Shown piece after piece: positions 52,931-64,000 of a stretch of DNA of 64,000 nucleotides. The stretch lies in NCBI GenBank assembly GCA_024704765.1, contig JAKMXF010000359.1:69381-133380 (forward strand), written 5' to 3'. The notes under the pieces were generated by a model. That model saw only the letters and a list, made by a program, of their open reading frames with translations. It searched no databases and was not told the DNA's origin. The position numbers and the translations under genes are program-made. The stretch is from Oopsacas minuta. Lineage: Eukaryota > Animalia > Porifera. Positions within the stretch are counted from its first letter, which is position 1. Every line of letters begins with the position of its first letter.

Positions 52931-54635
52931 CATATTAGTTATCAATGAGTTCCATGATTTGTAGGCAAGTGCATAAAATTCGAAATAGTATTTTCATTCT
53001 GTCAAATCATACATAACGATCCCGCGGGATAATGTGGGACCATGTCCCGAAATTTCTCTCACGAGCTCTGATCATTAGTGATTCATTACTAATTCATCTT
53101 CCAAATTTTCCTGAGACCTAATATTAGGTTGTAGCTACAGTGCCTTTTCCGGCAGTCAGCTAAATTATAGTCATTGGCAATATGTTACGTATTTACAGTC
53201 GAAATTACTTCAAAATGGATAATGACATCTTGTATCTCTAAGAAATCTGCCCCCAAACAGGCCCTCACATATTAGGTGCCCTGACAAAATCCATACTGAA
53301 CTTTTGTAATGTTTACTTTAGATTTTTACCTTTTATACCTGTCTCGTTTGAAGAATCTCACGTGATGTCCAGCCTACTTGCTTATAACCGACTGGAATTC
53401 CATTTATACATTTACTAGTCACTAGTAGATTTACGATCCTTTACTTCCTCTCTAATCCGTTCTTCTGCCCTGATAGGCGAAAGAGGATCATCTGAGCAGA
53501 CGAATTGTTGTGTATAATTGGTTTGGGAAGATAACACAAAGTTATGAGTTAGCTCTAAATTTTTCTTACAAAAAATCTTCCGATGATTCTAATATTCCTG
53601 GCAAAATGCTGAATAATGCACTTTTGAGCTAAATATTGCGAAGTGGATAAATTCTGCCATTTTGTCATATGATTAGACATTTATCTACTTCTTCAAATTT
53701 GCAATATTCCCATGGCTTTCCCTTTACGAGGTATGAGCTAGGGTATACTGTTTTTGTGCTTAATTTATTTTATCAAAATTATGAATCTTAGTTGTCGAAC
53801 TAAATTTATTATACATACTTACATTTATACTTTTATTTATAATCTCTTTTAACGCGTATTTGATTTTCTTGCCCTCATTATTTCAAATTAAAACCAACTT
53901 TTCTGCCACTGAGCTTATATTGGGTGACTAAATATTTAATGACCGTCGTATTCTATTTATATAGTCATAACATAGAGTAAATCTTTGCATGTGCAAGTAC
54001 TCAACTTCATCTTATATATATAATTATATAGGGCCCCCACAAAATGTTTTGCCCATGTGCCCCCACTGCCTAAATCCGGGCCTAGTTATCAAGGTAGTAT
54101 TATTATAGTCCTAACTTGATTTTTATTTCTTATTTATTGCCATTTTCGAAACATTTTTGTGGAAATCTAAAGATACATTTGTGTGTATCTTCGATATAAC
54201 TGACACGCAACTTGCTGTGACTCTTTAACACTATGGATGTCATCCATTTGGTGTAAATAGGTTTATTCTATTATTTAGGGGGCCTTGCCCACTAAATGTT
54301 GTCATGCACTATGTATGTAAACCAACACATTTTAATAGTTTTAAGTATACTCCTGCCTTCCAAAGTTTGATATATCATCATTTTATTGTTGAATAGACAT
54401 TTTGGACGAATTTAGCCATATTTCTGTTGTCTTTTCAGGTGTTGTTCGTTATCTAACGACTTACTCGAGATTACTCAAGTAAAGACAATTTGAGGTGTAT
54501 TAGATTTTGATTAACTAAATATAGGTTTGGTCCGAATAGTTAACATTCATTAATACTTGTGTATATGAACATATTAACTTATCATTCAATAGGCATAGAA
54601 CTTTGAATTTTAATGAAAATCTGGGGGGGGCGGAG

Positions 54636-57121
54636 CAGTGACCAAGCGCCTGGCTGCGCAACTACCAATCGATTAAGAGATATTATTAGTTCGTAATTTA
54701 TTATTAATATAAGTATAAATAGACCAGGGTCTAAAATTTCTTTCTGCGTTCATGTATTATAGTCTCTCCTTGTTCAAACATATTTAGCCCATCTGTAGAT
54801 CGTTTAATAAACTCTTCCATAAGATCTTTTACAGGTAGGCTTGTTCCCACTAAGTCCCGGTGACTGTTTAGAAACGCAAGACGACCCATGCGTTCATGAC
54901 CTTGGGTTGACCTCAAGTGTGTGAGTAACCTTCGCAACATACTAAAAGCTCTCTCTGCTTCGCATGTCGTCACGGGGAGTACAAGGTACAAAACAAGAGC
55001 GGTGCGCAAACCAGGTTATGACCTTCATTCCGGGTTCAACTTGAGTGTTTTCTTCAGAAATTGTCAGGAAATCTCGATGCCTTCATTATCACAGCGGTTA
55101 AACCAAGCTTGCCTTCCCACCTTAGTTGTGCCAATTCTGGAAGGTCACCATTATAGAATCTCGTCAGCTTTTCTAGGTCCTTATCCACTATGTTCTTATT
55201 CTCCAACCCGCATCTCAGCAGCTCATCCACGGTCTTGTAGAGAATACTGGGTAATGGGAGCCCACGCTGCCGTTTGTAATACCTACAAGCATACTTTGCT
55301 ATAATCTTACAATTCCTTCTGCATGATAAACATCCAACCAACAGGCTTGTACATATCTACATATCTCTTTTGGATCTGAATATCTATTTCCTGGGTGTTT
55401 GAATCTATTGGAATACCTCCTCACTCTTTTCGGTTGCTCTACGTAGTCGAAAAGGTTGGCGTTGGTCTAATCTAAGATCTCCTGCAGCTTTCTTAACGTC
55501 TTTGTAGAAAATCAGGGCATTTTCATTACTGAAAGCTTGGCTACTAAGAACAGTCACGAGGCTGTTAACCAACTTTCTGACATCACCAACTGTGATTTCT
55601 CGACCTTGACACATAGGGTGAACAGGGTTTGTTAGGGACAATATCTTCTCGAATATCACAATACCAAAATACGTCTCGAATGGTTGAAGAGAAGGCCGAA
55701 AAAAGCGTGATTCGGCACGCTTCTCAGGTTTGAGCGTTCTATCATCTTGTAGCAATTCAAGAAACTCGACAATCATAGTATATTGCGCCAACAGGCTTTC
55801 AATGCTAGAGAGCCTCATTATCCACTCTTTAGACAAAGTGGCCTCAGTCCGCGCTTGTCAAGTTTGGGGTTCTCCAAAGCTGCCGCAGCTACTATCTCTT
55901 TAAACAATACATATCTTTTGGTGGATGTTTTTATGAAGTTGATTACTGCACGTACCTTCTCCAACGCGTTTTCCAATTCTCGCACAGATTCCATGCTGTC
56001 TTGAACCACCAGATTAATGTTATGCCAAAAACATGATGCCCATGACGCTTTAGCGTTCTCAGCGCGAACTTTGGCTTGGAGACCATTGTGGCGTCTAGAC
56101 ATATTAGCTGCTCTATCATATCTCTGCCCCTCATCGCATCAAATGGTAATTCAATGCCAGTAAGGCATTCTTAAGAATAGTTAATAAGGTATCAGCGTCT
56201 GTAGTAGTTGCCTGAAAGAAGCCAAAAACATATGTATTGAATTCAGAACCGCGTTAACGTGGCGGATGCACACACTAACTTGCTCACGTTTCCTGATATC
56301 CTGCGTCTCGTTCATTATGACCGAATATAATAAACGGCCCTGCTTCTTTGCTTCCCCAGCTGTGGATTCTTGTTTCATGAGCGTAATAAAGTATTTAGTT
56401 ATTTTATCTCTCAACATATTTATTTGTTCGTTTTGAATTTCAGGACTCATAAATTTTATTCGTGCACTCGAAGAAAACAATATTTTGGCTTCGTCATTGA
56501 ACCTCGATACCAGAAGAGCAAGGTTTCAGATATTTGAGGTATCTTTTTCGTCCCTGTGCCCTAGTCATTGTGTTGCACACGTCTTAACAGAGTCGAATAC
56601 TGCTCTGAGACCTGTCCTATTGAGCTCAATATCCCCACGCTTGATCCTCTCAAATCTATGGTCAATGACTGGTGTATTTAGCTCCATTTGATAGATTAAC
56701 CAAGCCTTTTGGTGGTCGGACTGGTTCTCTACCATATGTCTGCCTATCAAGTGAGTTTTTACCTTTCTTAAAGCTTCTCCATCCCTCACCATCACCTGTT
56801 TTGATCCACTTTGAGGTGCCTCGTGTATTACCCTTCTCAATGGGTCGTATCCAATTATTCATGATTGCTCTACGCCTACGGCGCAATTACAAGTCTCCAT
56901 GTCCTCATTGAGTTTACACCACTGCTTTTGCATATAGCTCGTAGTATACTCATCTTTTTTGAAAGCCATATGCTCAGGAATGTTCTCTAAATCATGCAGG
57001 TCAGGGAGAACACAATCCTTTAAGTTAGTTTCGTAGATTTGGGGAGGGGTAGTTGGAGGAATCTCTTGGACCGAAAGTGAAATAGGAGCGAGGCATGCAA
57101 GTTCCAGTTACCCCATAATTA
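54636..57121 (-). mobile_element. Decayed hAT element (second family), truncated or interrupted by element D
   Basis: Fragments LLYSVIMNETQDIRKREQVSVCIRHV, CFWHNINLVVQD, LPVTTCEAERAFSMLRRL...ERMGRLAFL; left boundary tentative (cagtgacc). Confidence 0.78.
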
Positions 57122-57123
57122 TA

Positions 57124-58438
57124 CAAAGTGACAGTTAAGTTCTGATGCATAGTTCCAATAGATCTGATACGCTTCCAATATATTCTATTACAATTTCTAT
57201 CATTTATATTCTAACATATATGTCTTCCTGTTATGCTCAAACAGTAATCTAAATCTACATACGCATAAAATCAGAAATTTCAACATGGAAGTAAAGAGGT
57301 CAAAAATTATCACATTATTTATGAACGGGAGCACACAGAGCGAGATTTCGAAAAATCTGAAAAATGAAAAGATCAACAGATTATTCATTTATCGTACTAT
57401 TAAACGATATAACGATACCAAAAGTGTGGAGGACAAGCCTCGTTCTGGCCGACCGGCGACAGTTCGTACGAGAGCACTAAGGGAAAAACTCCGCAGTAAA
57501 ATCCGCCGAAATCCCAGGCGGTCAATCCGGAAGATGGCAAGGGAATACCCTGTTAATCGCGAAACATTGCGAAAGATGATACATGAGGACCTGGGACTTA
57601 AATCACTCAAACGGCAAACAGTTCATCATCTCACTCCCACTCTTCGAATAAAAAGACTTGAAAGGTGCAAAAAGCTTCTGCGGCGCCTCATAAATGAAGA
57701 TTCTGTACAGATATTGTTTTCGGACGAGAAGATATTCACGGTAGATGAAGCAACTAACCGTCAAAATGATAGAATGATTGTGTCGCCATGCAAAGACATC
57801 CCTGAGAGCATTAAATTCATCGATCGAGTGCAAAGACCGCTTTCTGTGATGGTCTGGGCTGGGGTGTCAGCAGATTCTCGGACAAAATTGATTTTTGTCC
57901 CACAAGGGGTCAAAATTAACTCGCAAACATATAAAGAGAGTTTATTCTTGAGCCTGTAATCAAATCTGCTGGTTCATCCTTGTTCAAAAACACACCCTGG
58001 ATATTCCAGCAGGACTCTGCGCCAGCGCATGCCTCGAAAGGCAACTCAATCCTGGCTTTTAGGGGAAAATATTGACTTTTTGTCCAAGGGAAGAATGGCC
58101 TCCTTCAAGTCCGGATTTGAATCCACTTGACTATTCCATCTGGGGGACTTTACAGAGCAGAGCCTGCGCTACTCCGCATGGAAATTTGGAATCTCTGCGG
58201 GAGGCTTTGATTATAGAATGGGAGAAAATTCCGTAAGAAGAACTCCGTAAATCTGTCCAATGGTTTCAAGGACGACTTAAAGCTGTAGTAAAGGCAAAAG
58301 GCGGTTATATCGAATAGAATTGGATAGGAAGATTTATTATAATATGCTTTAACTGTCAGTGAAAATTTGGATTGAAAGAATAACTAGTTTAGGAATAAAC
58401 AGAGTATATTCGTGGATCAGAACTTAATTGTCACCCTG
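57124..58438 (+). mobile_element. DD37D element D, inverted twin of C
   Basis: Same 224-aa frameshifted ORF with 5 aa differences; TA TSD; 5' TIR decayed (caaagtgacagtt). Confidence 0.93.
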
Positions 58439-60214
58439 TATTTATCACTAAAAAATGCTTTGACAATTACATTTTATGCTCAGTACGAATCTGGTGGTTG
58501 ATGTGATTTTGAAAGGTTATTGTTTTGAATATCTTGTGTGATTGGCCTATAGTCGCTATCATCAAGTAATTTTCCAAAGTCCGTAATTTCTCAGCTTTGG
58601 AACAGTGATTTTGACTGAACGGGTTCGAATTACCTTCAAAACAATTGTTCTCATATTTTATCTACAAGTACCTTAACACCGTATTTCCAGCTTTATTTTC
58701 AGGGTTTAGTACCAGACTTACTACGACGACTCTGGAACAGGGTTAATTTATGATAACAAATTGTTTGATTTTTTATGTCGCACTAACCTTTGAATCCATG
58801 GTATAAATATTGATATCAATGGATAAAGTCATTCATTACAGAGTTTCACAATTGGAGTATTGCTTTTCCATATTTGCTAAGTTACCACTAGATTACGACT
58901 TTTCTGTCTGGAAGTAATTTCAAGATATAGACTGTGACAAAATATACTATTTAATTTTGTTAATACAATAAAATTTGGATATTTTAACACATCTTTGCAC
59001 GAATAATTTGTTAACACTGTAAGATTTATGGTATATCCGTGTCTAATTTGGATTCTATGAATTTGAAAATTCAGTATCAGATTTCCTATTTAGAGACCAA
59101 ATGAAAATGAAGAAATTTTTCAATCCATGACATCGTGCCACTTTTCCATTTACAGCCATTATGATAGCTTTCACTAAGACACACTGGGTTTGAAATTTCT
59201 ATTCATACAGAATTCTAAGAATTTCCTTAGGATTGATTTACAATTGTGAACATTGATTCTTTGGTATTTATGTGGTATTTATGTAATTATTCATTAACAA
59301 TTACGTGCTTTCTTTCTATTCTATAAATATATTGGAAGTTTCGATAATTGCAAATATTTTGCGTTCATTTCAACTATATTATTGCACCAATTTTTCATGA
59401 TATTTACATCATATCCTCTCAATTAGTTATTCTCACAAGTTCAGATGATCTTATGGTGCGTCATAGAATTTCGGGATCACACTAATCCTCTTTTGGCGCT
59501 TCTTCGTTGCTCGCTACAAGGTTACTCGGTCTACATTCAGAGTTATTGATGGATTAGAAAGGGTTACAATTCCACCCACAATTAGATTACACGCTGCACT
59601 AACGGGCAGACGACAGTTCATTGAGCGCTCTTCATTTTTGAAGTCGCTCCCGCTCTGAATAAGGAGCAGCGCTCGCTCCTTACACAAAAACGCATTGCCC
59701 TCCGGCTCCCGCACCGAGTAAAAACGGTGCTCGCTCTAATTGTTCTCATTTTCATCCTTTCAGATTTACATGAGATTTGTATTTAAGTAATCAGGGGGGA
59801 GATAACCATTATACATTCGAGAAATTACCAAATGTGGAACGTCAACACACTTCGATACATTGTGAATTTTACAAAAGTGTCCCAGCATCTATTTTTAATC
59901 AAATGTTTACTGAATTTTCTGCAGAATATCTATGAACTTTGTGAATTGTTTGCAATTATGTAGGTCCGCGCTCCTTTAATGCTCTGGAAACGACTATTCA
60001 GTCTGGGCTTGCTTTACAATTTTCAGCTACAGCGACCTTTCAAACTAATGTCATTCATCTATTGTGTTTATATACTTATATAATCATACTTTTAGTACTT
60101 AAATAGTCCTTCTGAAGTCATTTTACGCATTTTTGCATTTATTAGATCATCGTATAATCATTGTGCAATATTTTTTCTTGATTATGAACTACCACATTGA
60201 ATTACCATCTTGAG

Positions 60215-60347
60215 CTGCGGTTCCCAACCTTTTTCATCCCTCGGCCCCCTATACCAATTTTAACACATTGTGTTGACCCCTTCTATAGACTCCGATAGAT
60301 CCTGTGGTCTACCAACGTGTCCATGGATCCCAGGTTGGGAACCGCTA
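60215..60347. mobile_element. hAT Charlie/MER5-like mini-MITE
   Basis: gcggttcccaacct / aggttgggaaccgc TIRs; weak 8-bp flanks atcttgag / atctaggg. Confidence 0.7.
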
Positions 60348-61186
60348 ATCTAGGGTGAAAGTATAATCTCAACTGCTAAAAATTATATTTTTGAGAACTC
60401 TCTACCTCACTTAATACTATATTAATTGGCTTAAATTCTTAGAATTGATTAATTGTTATGATTTGGATTTAGATTTTGTGAATATGGCTCCAAATGTCAT
60501 ATAAATATTGGATGGAAAACTTGAATATAGTTATTTGTAACGCTACATAGCGCGATTAGACATCAGTGGCTAGTAAATATGATTTCTCTGTCGAATCGTG
60601 ACACAATTAGTATTAAGTTATCAAGCATAAACCTTGTTCATTGTCAAAAATTGTCCAAACCCTATTTGATCTTTGATCAATATATGAATATTTGAAGTGG
60701 TATAAATAATAATTTGGCACCAATTGGACAAAACTTTATGTCAAACCTCATCTAGAATGTCTGACAAACAAAATTACATCGTTATATTTTCCTTCATATA
60801 TTTTGAACTCATTGCACGCTAACATACGCTTGAGAGCACGAATTTTTGGGTCTCAACTCAAGTTTGTTAGCTCTGCACAACCTCTAGGTTGGTTATATAC
60901 TTCAGAAGTCCACAAGTAGTTTAGTTTGGGAACTAGTATACTTGTCTTACTTTGCTCCCCTATTCCGCATTTCCAAGAGGCAATCCAACAGCCTCATCAC
61001 TAAAGTTGTGACTCAATAGGACTAATTAATGGATGTAATAAAGTTCCTTGTTTTACTCTCTATGATCAGAAAATATATTCTATTGTTGATTTCGCATTCA
61101 CCGATATATATAGACACTTATTAGGAGTATTATATCAAGAAGATATTAATATTTGAGGAAAATCTTTCTTAGTGTGGCACCATCTA

Positions 61187-62517
61187 CAAAGGGAATTCAA
61201 TTAGTTCGTAACCTTAGCTATTGCTGTTATTGTTTAATCACATGTATTTACTATTTGCATCTCATTTATAGCTTAGATTTCGTCTATTTACGACACTATA
61301 CTTTGTGGAGATTGATCTAATATCTTTTGAGATACACCCTTTTGAAGATAGTTTATAGCAACCACAGAGGGCTTATAGCTTCATAATCTAATAAATTTCT
61401 ACTTAAACAAAGAGCATACATCAAAATCCGCTCATTACTCTGCGATACGCCTAGGAATATTAACCAAGATGTTGTACAGGTATATGGTGGGGAGGTCTGT
61501 TCGAAATCAACCGTTAAGAGGTGGAGTCTACGTTTTCGTGAAGTTGGGGTGTCGGTTGAAGATGACCCTCGGTTAGAGCAACCTATAATTGCTACTACTG
61601 CAAACAATATTGCTCTGTAGCTGAAATGTGTGACTCTGATCCCCATATTACGATAGAGCAGTTAGCTACTAGCTTAACCTTGTCAACGGGAAGTGTTCAT
61701 ACAATTCCGACCATGCATCTTGGTATGTCCAAGGTTTGCTTACGTTGGGTCCCACATTTGTTTAATCTGACTCAAAAAAAGACCCGGGTGAGAATTGCAA
61801 AAAAACTGCTTGAAAAGTATGACCAGTGTAGTGAGAGGCGACTATTTGAAATATGTACCGGTGATGAGACGTGGATAAGATATTCAGGGCCAACTTGCAA
61901 AGAACAGAACAAGGTATGGATTGTAAAAGGAGTTCTCCCCCAGCACTACCAAGTCCGGATCATTGGGCCACCAAAGTAATGTACACCATATTTTTCGATG
62001 CACATGGTCCAGTCTACCAAATCTGTACTCCTAAGGGGCAAATAGTTACCGGGCACTTTTATGCAACAGTTGTTATTCCGGAAATCAAAAAACATTATAT
62101 TGAACGTCGGCCAGCCACGGGTCTTAGAGGAATCAAAATTTTGCATGATAATGCCAGACCGCACAATCTAATGCAGTCAAGGAAAAAATTGCTTCTATAG
62201 GTCTTGAGGAATTGGAACATCCACGCTATAGCCCTGACCTATCACCGTGCGACTTTTGGCTGTTCGATGGGCTCAAAAAGCACCTAGCAGGTACAGTTTT
62301 TGGAGAACGGATGCAAATTAGAAGAGCCATCCAACGGTACCTCAGAGACATACTACAAGAAGAGTATAAGAAATCATTTTTCAAGTGGATAGAGCGTTTA
62401 AAGCTTGTAGCTGAGCACAAGGGAAACTACTTTGAACATATGTAGTAGTATTTGAGGCTTATCTCACTTATATAATACAAATATTCTAAGAGTTACGAAT
62501 TAAATGAATACCCTTTG
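61187..62517 (+). mobile_element. mariner (DD34D) element, pseudogenised
   Basis: TIR caaaggg(a/t)attca(a/t)tt...ttcgtaac; fragments WVPHL, GDETWI, LHDNARPH, YSPDLSPCDFWLF. Confidence 0.88.
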
Positions 62518-62840
62518 AATTTATAGAGATACAGATTATCTCTTAGGTTTACTGCGAAAATTTCACCATTCTTTGAGAATTTCTGCATATTTTGAGTTGG
62601 AAAAGGGGAAATAGCTGAAATCTCGGGGAAATATTTAATCCAGGATTAAAATCCGACATTTTGTAAATGGGGTTGGTAATTATGCTGGCCCCCTAGCGCC
62701 GCCATTGCTTTCTGCATTATTTTATCACTTTCATTCGAGACAGCTTGTTTTATTATACATAGATAGAAGGGTGCTTTTTCCTTAATCCCTGATTAAGGAT
62801 TTTCATTCTGTCTCTTATTATTTTTCTTTTTCGGATATAG

Positions 62841-62969
62841 TTTTCTGGATAATATTGTAAGAATCTCACAACCTCATTACTCACCATCTATTGATGACAT
62901 TCTAAGATCGAGGAAAGCGACTACAGGGATTCAAGAGTATCCTTTTGATATATCCAGTATAACTTTCAG
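62841..62969 (+). CDS. GNAQ-like: G-alpha exon 4: FLDNIVRISQPHYSPSIDDILRSRKATTGIQEYPFDISSITF-R
   Basis: Switch I (Arg183/Thr186 equivalents), EYPFD; acceptor ...atatag, donor GTTCAA; 129 nt. Confidence 0.94.
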
Positions 62970-64000
62970 GTTCAAGTTTGTTATTATCATGCTTCTCTTG
63001 CTTTGTCGTCTAGGGGATATTCATAGCCATGGCCTACTATAATACGGCTGTACATGCTGCCGAATCAAGGAGAAAAATGAGAGTCCAGGTGTTGAAAATT
63101 GAAAATGTGTCGAGGCTGATAAACTGAAAAATACATGTGATATGCATTAGGAATATATTATCGCATTAACAAAGTAGTGCTAAAGTATACATATATGTAG
63201 TTAATTATGTGATTAGTCATAAGTTTGGAATGTGCTATTATTCGCAAACAAATTCAAGTTCTAAACTGTATTTAGACATTATTTCCTTCATCTGTGATGT
63301 CCCATTGGTATATATTGGATTGAATTAATGTATGTGGTTCGAAAATTTCGATACATGAACGGAATGTGATCATACTCCTGCGCTGCTAAACAAAGGAATT
63401 TTGTCATATTTAAGTCATAACTCGATAACTATAAATCTTATCGATCTATAGTTGGTACTAGTGTTCTCGCAATATGTTACTTCATATTAATGAATAATAT
63501 CTTTTAATGGTCTATATTCAATATATTTTGAGGAATTTACTTTTGATAACATGAAAGGAGGGTATACATAAATAATAATGTACATATCTAATAATTTATT
63601 TATTGTACCCCATTACTATTCGTTAATTGTAACTAACAATTTCCGCAAGCACTCGTATCTACTATTGATAGGTAGTACGTATTTATAGTTTTTGAGTTAT
63701 GGCTTCAATATGACAAAACATATTTCCTTAGCAACACACCAATGTCATCACATTCCGAACATGATATCAAAATTTTTGAATCCATTACATTAAATTCATC
63801 ATAACATATATCAATCAAGCATTAAAGCAGTTCCTAAATACTGTTTAGAACTTGCATTTGTTAGGCTAATAATTGCACATTTCGCAACCTCATTATCATA
63901 TATTTGACCACATGAATGTATACTATGATACTACGTTGCCTGTTACTAATATATTCAAAATGCCTATCACACACATTTTACAGTTTATCAGCCTTTGCAA

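Larger units (their letters stand above)
15649..62969 (+). other. GNAQ-like: Span of heterotrimeric G-protein alpha subunit gene (Gq class, divergent), coding exons 1-4; remaining exons outside window
   Basis: Four exons splice into one open frame of 605 nt with intron phases 1,0,2,2, as in vertebrate GNAQ; exons 2 and 4 are 185 and 129 nt, as in GNAQ. Confidence 0.93.

Noticed and set aside
23168-57123. Possibility that the 32-kb interval between elements C and D is already inverted, joining a cagtggcc start at 23168 to the hAT relic
   Set aside because: The candidate TSDs (acccctat vs ctccgccc) do not match, and exons 2-3 are collinear with exons 1 and 4.
58690-58750. Possible micro-exon (ttttcag|ggtttagtacc...aacagg|gttaat) in intron 3
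   Set aside because: Exons 3 and 4 already join in canonical frame and length; there is no G-alpha similarity or other support.

Overview
AT-rich invertebrate (metazoan) genomic DNA made up mostly of DNA transposons. One host gene is visible: the first four coding exons of a divergent Gq-class heterotrimeric G-protein alpha subunit (+ strand; 15649-15772, 37103-37287, 44247-44413, 62841-62969). It has canonical GNAQ intron phases and 7-21 kb introns, and the gene continues past the window. Introns and upstream DNA contain pogo/Tigger, DD37D (maT), DD37E, DD41D, DD34D mariner, Tc1, hAT, Chapaev3-type (CMC) and MULE-NOF-like elements, many foldback MITEs and deep nesting. The most striking signal is two intronic pairs of near-identical inverted transposons (hAT in intron 1, mariner in intron 2). 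In both, the spacer appears flipped: the hAT pair has exchanged TSDs, and in both pairs interrupted host palindromes are restored by un-inverting. The mariner pair also shows homogenisation of the arms bounded by an old insertion. This suggests recombinogenic 'flip-flop' palindromes with arm-to-arm gene conversion inside the gene, but assembly artefact must be excluded with long reads. A third inverted pair brackets exons 2-3 (circRNA or exon-inversion geometry). All alignments and counts were done by eye.
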